A stretch of DNA of 64,000 nt, taken from the NCBI GenBank assembly GCA_951406725.2, contig OX597828.1:53258001-53322000 (forward strand). The letters run 5' to 3'. Numbering within the stretch: position 1 is the stretch's first letter; every line of letters begins with the position of its first letter. The DNA comes from Octopus vulgaris (lineage: Eukaryota). This document shows, piece by piece, positions 55,329 through 64,000 of the stretch. Both the position numbers and the translations under genes were made by a program. Below the pieces are notes generated by a model. The model saw only the letters and a list, made by a program, of their open reading frames with translations. It did not search any database and was not told the DNA's origin.

Positions 55329-55390
55329 TGATGTAGACGCTACTGATGAGATCCCAATAAGGTTCGAAAATCGATTAAGGTTGTTTATCA
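55329..55390 (+). ncRNA. Hammerhead motif with canonical core (homologous to 19345-19406)
   Basis: CTGATGA (55343-55349) GATCC-CAATAA-GGTTC GAAA ATCGAT TA; palindromic AATCGATT stem III, imperfect stem I. Confidence 0.62.
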
Positions 55391-57127
55391 TTTTGTTCTG
55401 TTTGCGGAGAAATTGCTAGAATTTACCCCGTTTATAATTATACCATATGTTACATATAATGTGAGAGATATATAGATAGGTGTGTGTACAAATAAACATT
55501 TATTTGCATGTCGGCATGTATATATGAATATTATTGTTAGTCGACGTACGTGAATATATTTTATGCGTGTATCAATATAGACGCGTGCTTGCACGTATGT
55601 GTATAGACGTGTGTGAATGTGTCTGTGTGAATGTTTGTCTATGTGCATATATATGTGTCTGGCTGTACGTGTGTGTTATTGAGTGTGTGTGTTGATATGC
55701 GTGTGTGTGTTTGTTTTGTGAGATGATGTTTATCGTGTTTTGTTATCGATTTTTTTTAATGTTTTTGCTGCAGTAAGATCAAACTTCACATCTTTCCGAG
55801 TCAACAATCACACATCTCACTACGTGTGTGGAGATAAAGAGAGAGGTTGGGGTAAGAGAAGTAGAGAAAGAGAGAGGGAGAGAGAGAGAGAGAAGGGTCT
55901 GGAAATATAGAATAACGTAGGGAGGTGGGGTAAAGATTTGGACGGTGGTGGAGAAGACTGTGAGAGAAAGAAGCAATAGATAGGTACATTCAGAGAGAAG
56001 GAGAGAGAGAGAAAGAAAAAGGGAGCGACAAATAGGAACTGTAAGAGGGAGAGCAATACGGAAATGGAGAACCCGAAGAAAGAAAGATATACAGAGACAG
56101 GGAGTGTGAGAGAAGGGGAGATATAAGAAAGAGAGAGAGACTGCGGGAGGGAGGGAGGAAAATTGCGTATGTGCTTGTGTATGTACGTATTTGACTATAC
56201 GATGAGTATGTGTAAGAGTGAGTGTCTGTGTGTGCGTGTGTCTACGTCGTGTGTTTGTGTGTGTGCGCGCGCGCGTGAGTGTGTGTGTCAATGTGTGTGC
56301 GCCCATGTGTGTGTGGTTAGTGTCTTCGATAACGGATGTACATGCTCCGGCTCCACAACGAACACAGCAGAACATTTTAGATACAGTTGAGATACAAGAT
56401 CTACAGTTGTGGGTTTGACATCTAAGACTCCTGCAGATCAATAACATAGGCATAATACATTTATATATATTTGTGTATATATACATTATGCATGCGCATG
56501 TACACACGTATATACATACACACACTCATATACATACACATGCTCACATATGAGTATACACACGCATACACATATACATATGCAAGAATATATATGTATG
56601 TGCGTGTGGTCATGATTGTAAGCATACATAATGTGTACACATGTTTCTACACGATATTTTGTGTGTCGTATATAATTACGTATATAGTTACGTATCGGCA
56701 TATAACTTCATCTTACGGTTTCATATTACTTTTTCGTGGAAGTTGATCTAGGGTCGGTTTCCCAGTTTTATCCTGCTTAAAAAAAGTTTTGGTACGTAAG
56801 TTAGAATGATTATACTTCAGTACTAGCAGATAATATTCTTCCTCGTATCTCCCTGCATGTGTTGACTTTCAAAGGCACAAGTGGTACTTTAAGGAACCAG
56901 TCACACTAACCTGAAAATGGGGAAGCTAACCCCCGATGACATTGTCCTTCTTCTAGAGCTAGTAAGAAAAGGAAAGTCCGCATAGTCGCGAAGACTTCTT
57001 GCTGGGATTCTTATTTGAAGCCTTTCTAACTTTCGCTTTTTGTCAATGACACTCCCCTCCTGAGCCGCAGTTATTTCTCACAAATAAAAACAGATCGACA
57101 TGGTTTTCAGCTGTTGTCCCTGTAGTG

Positions 57128-58190
57128 TAGGGATCGGTGAAATTTTTTAACCAATTATTCCAAAAGATATTTATTTACGGCGACGGTACCTCCTTGATTT
57201 GAAATTAATAAAATCACAGATCGGATTCTTTGAAAGTAAAAGGTTTATTGGATCTATTTATATGAAGAATACAATTATAAATATAAAAAGTATAAGGTAA
57301 ATGCTATAAAAGAAATTAATATCCTCATTATGAAACAAAAGAAGTTTTCTAGAAACTTTTTCACTTCAGGTTTTAGTGAAATGGTGTTTCACTTTTACTC
57401 TCTTTTACTCATTTACTTGTTTCAGTCGTTTGACTGTGGCCATGCTGGAGCACCACTTTTAGTCGAGCAAATCGATCCCAAGACTTATTCTTTGTAAGCC
57501 TAGTACTTATTCTATCGGTTTCTTTTGCCGAACTGCTAGGTTACAGGGACCTAAGCACAGCAGCATCGGTTGTCAAGCGATGTTGGGGGGACACACAGAC
57601 ACGCAAACATATACACACACACATACATATATACATACATACTCACATACATACATACATACATACATACATACATACATACATACATACATACATACAT
57701 ACATACATAGATATATATGACAGGCTTCTTTCAGTTTCCGTTTTTTACCAAATCCACTCACAAGGCTTTGGTCGGGCCGGGGCTATAGTAGAAGACATTA
57801 CCTAAGGTGCCACGCAGTGGGACTGAACCCGGATCCATGTGGTTCGTAAGCAAGCTACTTACCACACAGCTACTCCTACGTGCTGCTTCATTTTTTGTTA
57901 CAATTACATCAAAATTGGGGCATTTTGATGCCAGAGCAATTTGGATAAAGCCTTCAGGATCCAATCGATTTCTCTGCTTTGCTTTTTATGTTCATTAAAG
58001 TGGAAAATCTTTGTTCGCAAAGGTAGGTTGAACGTTTTTGAATGCCTCTTCATGCCGGAAGAAAAATTTCTGTCGTAACAAGGAACAGGTTTTTTACGTA
58101 ATTTTACTTATGTCTAAGGTGACCTCATTACCCCCAAGAATACAATTTTTACCCCACTCGGAGTAATTTACTCTGGTTCGCCGACCCCTG
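57128..58190. mobile_element. Non-autonomous hAT-type element with nested SINE
   Basis: Imperfect TIRs TAGGGATCGGTGAA / TTCGCCGACCCCTG; perfect 8-bp TSD CTGTAGTG at 57120-57127 and 58191-58198. Confidence 0.82.
57392..57878 (-). mobile_element. SINE family A nested in hAT element
   Basis: Full-length reverse-complement copy with (TTTTACTC)-type tail. Confidence 0.88.
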
Positions 58191-58455
58191 CTGTAGTGGC
58201 TGGCTAAATATTGCTGGTTATTCCAAACAATTATTTACTTTCATTGTTGTCAAGTAGCGTGATTTCTTTTGGGACATTCTCCCCGTGTCCTTAGCTTTTA
58301 TGAGATCCGTTAAACAAGCAATCTTTTAAACTTCATTAGATATAACACTCCCACCAATTCAAGAATCGAACAGACTATGATCGTTATCCGAACATTCCAA
58401 GCAGCACTTGGTCCCACGATTTAATTGTGCATGCGCGCATCTTTATGTCTGTGTG

Positions 58456-58805
<350 letters not shown>

Positions 58806-58892
58806 GATCTTTCCATTTATCCATCTATCTACCTATCTTTCTACATTTAGAAATATACTTTAATATATAGCATTCTGACATCTTGTCCGATT

Positions 58893-59040
58893 TTACGTCC
58901 TTGGTTCAAATTCCGCCGAGGTCAACTTTGCCTTTCTTCCTTTCAGGGTCGATAAAATAACTACCAATTAAGCACTGGAGTCGATGTAATCGACTTACCC
59001 CTCCCACGAAATTGCTGGCCTTGTGAGAAAATTTGAAATC
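58893..59040 (+). mobile_element. SINE family B 3' part
   Basis: GGTTCAAATTCCGCCGAGGTCAACTTTGCCTTTC...GTCGATAAAATAA. Confidence 0.8.
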
Positions 59041-59051
59041 GGTATAACATA

Positions 59052-59450
59052 GGCGCAGGAGTGGCTGTGTAGTAAGTAGCTTGCTTACCAACCACATGTT
59101 TCCGGGTTCAGTCCCACTGCGTGGCACTTTGGCCAAGTGTCTTCTACTATAGCCTCGGGCCGACCAAAACCTTGTGAGGGGATTTAGTAGACGGAAACTG
59201 AAAGAAGCTCGTCGTATATATGTTTATATATGTATATGTATGTGTGTATGTGTATTTGCGTTCCCCCTCCCCGGCATAGCTTCACAACCGATGCTGGTGT
59301 ATTTACGTCCTCGTAACTTAATGGTTCGGCAAAAGAGACCGATAGAATAAGTACTAGGCTTACAAAGAATAAATTCTGGGGTCGATTTGCTCGACTAAAG
59401 GCGGTGCTCCAGCATGGCTACAGTCAAATGACTGAAACGAGTAAAGAGAG
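59052..59450 (+). mobile_element. SINE family A
   Basis: Full-length: GGCGCAGGAGTGGCTGTG...GGGTTCAGTCCC...CAGTCAAATGACTGAAAC...GTAAAGAG. Confidence 0.9.
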
Positions 59451-59926
59451 AGAGAGTATATAATATTCTGCATCAGTAATGCAGAGTGCTGAATAAGATC
59501 CTTAATAAGTTTCATAGAGCCTATTATATCAGAAATACATGCAAGAATATACATTTAAGGGCCATGAAACCCGTAAACATATACAATGCCGAAACAAACA
59601 TTTCTGTGCTGAGCGTAAGAACTACAGTTCCATGTGAGTGTGTAGTCTTTAGCGTGGTGGAAAGACCGTAGTTGCAACGTCGGTAAATCATATCAATGTT
59701 GCAAGGATTTAAGCTGATAAAACCATTGGAGTCTCAGGTTGAAATTATTCGTCATGTGAGGGAAATTAAATTTTCACTTCACTCATTGTAAATTGAGAAA
59801 GACTTTTGGTTGCACATTATATGACATGAGTTAATTCAGCATGTGAAATTATTCATATTAATCTTTGAAAGCAATCCTCAATGTTTAGATATGCTTCTAC
59901 GTATACAATCGATTACCACCGTCACT

Positions 59927-60072
59927 GTGACCGACCAGGCTATCAGATGTGCTTCGCATTGTTTTAGCCTTTCAATGACGCCACCCCGCTGGCTAAGTGA
60001 GCAGGCCAACAGAAGAAAAAGTGAGAGAAAGTTGTGACGAAAGAGTATGGCAGGGATCGCCACTACCCCCTG
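59927..60072 (-). mobile_element. SINE family C 3' fragment
   Basis: Near-identical to 49267-49432 with a deletion. Confidence 0.8.
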
Positions 60073-60811
60073 CGTTTTTGCATTGGTTCTTCATGGAATT
60101 GAGTACACATACTCTTATTTCGAGTGCTATATTTCCTGTTTGCACCGAATACCTGTATATATAATATATATGTAAATATAAGTATGCAGATATACACATA
60201 TACATAGGTATAACACAGATGAGCATTAATATTCATTCATATATATGCATGTATGTATACATATGATATACATAAGCGTTGTACACGCACATACACATAT
60301 AACCATGTATAACTGGTCACAGCTTATGCATCTTCACTTATCAACAAACATGCGCACACACACAACTACAGGTACCTTCATACACAAACACATACACACT
60401 CATACAGATAGATATATCTTGATATACTCGAAGACACGCACGTATACACACACTGTCAACATTTACAGACACCGACGCGCTCATACAAACGCACATGTGC
60501 ATACACACCTAGAGATATGCACACACACACGCACGTGCACATACACGTATAAACACACCTGCATACGCAGATGTTCGACACACTTTATTTATTTACACAT
60601 TTTCCATCGCTGAAACCAACCAACCGACCCACAGCGAACAAAAAAAAAATGAAAAACATTAAAAATGAAGAAAAAGTCGATGTAGAAACCTCTACCCCCT
60701 TTGAACCCCGAATACATAAATAGATAAAGAAATAAAATAAAATAAACAATCATTACAAACAAATCAAATAAACACCATCATGGCGAAAGCTTGTTACGAG
60801 AAAAAATACCA

Positions 60812-60947
<136 letters not shown>

Positions 60948-60951
60948 ATAA

Positions 60952-61047
<96 letters not shown>

Positions 61048-61051
61048 GATA

Positions 61052-61138
<87 letters not shown>

Positions 61139-61206
61139 CAAAGATATATATACATAAACAGATATAATATAGACATTGAATATTATATGCATATGTTTTT
61201 TATGTA

Positions 61207-61287
<81 letters not shown>

Positions 61288-61890
61288 TATATGTACACAT
61301 ATATATACGTGTGCTTACAAGTATATATATATATTTCTATGTATGTGTATATCTATGCATATACGAAACAAGCAAAAAAAAGAGCCTTTCGTACGAAACC
61401 ACTTAAACTTATTAAGCTGCACTTTGTAGCATCCACTGTATTGATGCAACATAAAAAAAAAAACAGAAAAATACCTCGTGTGTTCACCTCCTCTACAGCA
61501 TCAATTTTTCTTCTATTACAAACCCGATTCAATCCGATTGTTCGAGATACACGCTAAGATGGCGTCCGACTAACTCTAATGACGTAGCATTGCTAGCGAA
61601 CAATGGCGGCAACTGGGGAGAGTTTGGAAATAGAAAAAGGCAAAAGCAAAAAAAAAAAAAAAAAACAAGAAAAAACAAAAACAAGAAAAACTTTCTTGAA
61701 TCTCCATCTTTAAAGCTATCGTTTTGTTGTTATTGTTGTTGTCTTCTCAATGTGTTGCTTGTTGAAAAGGCAGCTTGATTGCTCGCTTCCCTATCTGCGT
61801 CTATTGTTGCTTGCATTTTCCTTCTTTAACCTTCTCTCTTTCTCTCCTTCAGCCTGTATTTATTTATTTATTCATTACTTCTTCATCGTT

Positions 61891-62103
61891 TTCTTCTTCT
61901 TCTTCTTCTTCTTCTTCTTCTTCTTCTTCTTCTTCTTCTTCTTCTTCTTCTTCTTCTTCTTCTTCTTCTTCTTCTTCTTCTTCTTCTTCTTCTTCTTCTT
62001 CTTCTTCTTCTTCTTCTTCTTCTTCTTCTTCTTCTTCTTCTTCTTCTTCTTCTTCTTCTTCTTCTTCTTCTTCTTCTTCTTCTTCTTCTTCTTCTTCTTC
62101 TTC
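61891..62103. repeat. Perfect (TTC)n microsatellite (~70 units)
   Basis: Direct reading. Confidence 0.97.
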
Positions 62104-63239
62104 CAGCTTTCTATATCTCATATCTTGGATATACAGGCATTAACACACACACACACACACACACATTCACATCTCTCAGTAAATTCATACTTATACACTA
62201 ACATAAATACAAGCATATAGGCTTTTAGCTGAGCCTATACACAGATAAATACATATACACACATATATAGATATACATTTACTTACATACACATACAAAG
62301 TGAATCTGTAAATTACAGTACACACTGTGACCACTTGCTGTCACTTACTGGAACAATAATGGCATCTACTCCTCTGGCCAAGCAAAATATATGCCGCATT
62401 TATTCTACCCTGAGTATCTTTATTTCATCACCCCATAACACTAACAATTAGACCCCATTGGAGCCTCTTACCCAATCTTTCTTTCATCAATTACTAAAGC
62501 TTAAGAAGCTATTGCAACGCCCCCGCTTTTACTTTGCACACAATGCAACAGGAAAGCTCTTGGCTGCCTCTCTTTATTTTATCAAATTGGCCGTGGAGGC
62601 CTTACAGAGAAGCAATGCGGGAAGGACAAAATGACAAATACGAATGATGTAAATGGGAAGAGTATTTTGGCTGCCTCTCTTGCTACACATTCAGTATCCT
62701 GAAAGACTTATGCTGACGAGTGTTTTTCCTTGATACAGCAATAATGGTCTCGGAAAGATTAGTCTTACTCATCAGAGCCAGAATATTTTATTTACCCGGA
62801 TAACTAATACTGACCTCATCATCAGATTTGAACCTCAATTGATCACTGTTCTCAAATCAGAGACATCCTAAATCGCATTAAGAAAAAGATCGCTCGACTG
62901 AGTCACATCAAATCATTCCACAACACGCTCTAAATTCGTATTATATAGACGTCTCACTCATCTCTTTTACCTTTTCTTTCTCTCTCTCCCTCCCCCCTCT
63001 CCCCCCTCTCTCTCTCGCCTCCGGGCATGCTGGGGCGTCGAGTTCAAGTATGTTGCTCATTTATATCAATGTTAGTATTTTGCTTTTTACTGTTGCATTC
63101 TTTATCATAGGGTACACGAGAATGAGCAGTGAAGAAATATCAGTTCATGTCATCAGACAAAATACTACGGTTTATTATTTGCATTATTATATGCTCAAGT
63201 GAAGGGTTTACAGATTGATTAGAATATGATTAGGGCACT

Positions 63240-63596
63240 GGTTCCGAACTCAGTCCCACTTCGTGGCACCTTGGGCTAGTGTCTTCTACTATCGCCTCGA
63301 GCCAACCAAAGCCTTGTGAGTGGATTTGTTAGACGGAAACTGAGAGAAGACCGTCGTATATATGTATATGTATGTGTATGTATGTGTATATGTTTGTGTG
63401 TCTGTGTTTGTCCCCTCAACATCGCTTGGCAACCGATGCTGGTGCGTTTACGTCCTCGTATCTTAATGGTTCGGCCAAAGAGACCGATAGAATAAGTAGT
63501 AGGCTTACAAAGAATAAGTCCTGGGGTCGATTTGCTCGATAAAAGGCGGTGCTCCAGCATGGCCGCAGTCAAATGACTGAAACAAGTAAAAGAGTA
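63240..63596 (+). mobile_element. SINE family A, 5'-truncated
   Basis: Matches 59095-59450. Confidence 0.87.
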
Positions 63597-64000
63597 TAAA
63601 TTTACCTTATTTATATTTATCTTTCCTCAATCATCTCTATTTTTGTTTTATTTATTGTTGTAGTTTTATTTACTTTACTTTATCCCTAATCATATTCTAA
63701 GGAACCAGTAAACCCTTCACTTGAGCTTATAATAATATAAATCATAAACCGTAATATTTCGTCTGCTGAAATGAATTGATAGATCCACACGTAACATCCC
63801 GAGGTACGTCCTTTTTCTGAGATAGAATTATGCTCATGTCACATGAATGCAAATTTAACGTACAAATTTATAATTGAATTATTGAGTATTAAATGAAACA
63901 GTTGTAAGAAGAGAAGATGACCAATTTATTAATAATAAATAATTGTTAACTTCCTCATCTCCATTTTGTTTTCTTCTTTTATTTGAATATACAATAGCGG

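Noticed and set aside
62713-62775. CTGACGAGT ... ACTCATCAG inverted motifs as hammerheads
   Set aside because: Neither strand gives a clean stem II-GAAA-NUH arrangement.

Overview
AT-rich animal genomic DNA with no recognisable host protein-coding gene or RNA gene, so probably a large intron or gene desert. The repeat landscape resembles what I recall of Octopus (coleoid cephalopod) genomes; this is an inference, not a database result. The window is dominated by microsatellites ((TA)n, (CA)n, (CATA)n, (GATA)n, (GGT)n, (GAT)n, (TTC)n), which generate almost all of the listed ORFs. At least three tRNA-derived SINE families are interspersed. Decayed transposons include two mariners, a Tc1, a piggyBac, a Mag-type Ty3/Gypsy with 5' LTR and PBS, an RTE LINE, an R4/Dong-like RLE retrotransposon, a non-autonomous Helitron, a hAT element and a mariner MITE. 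There is also a 5'-truncated but still open Penelope-like element (RT plus GIY-YIG). The most notable signal is about 11 hammerhead-ribozyme-like motifs, several degenerate or partial, from several short repeat families. Most have the palindromic minimal stem III typical of Penelope pLTRs, several have non-canonical cores, and one is embedded in a competing 29-bp inverted repeat. Also notable are SINE dimers with a fixed junction, a SINE tail shared with a LINE-like 3' end, and an in-frame Tc1/mariner fusion.
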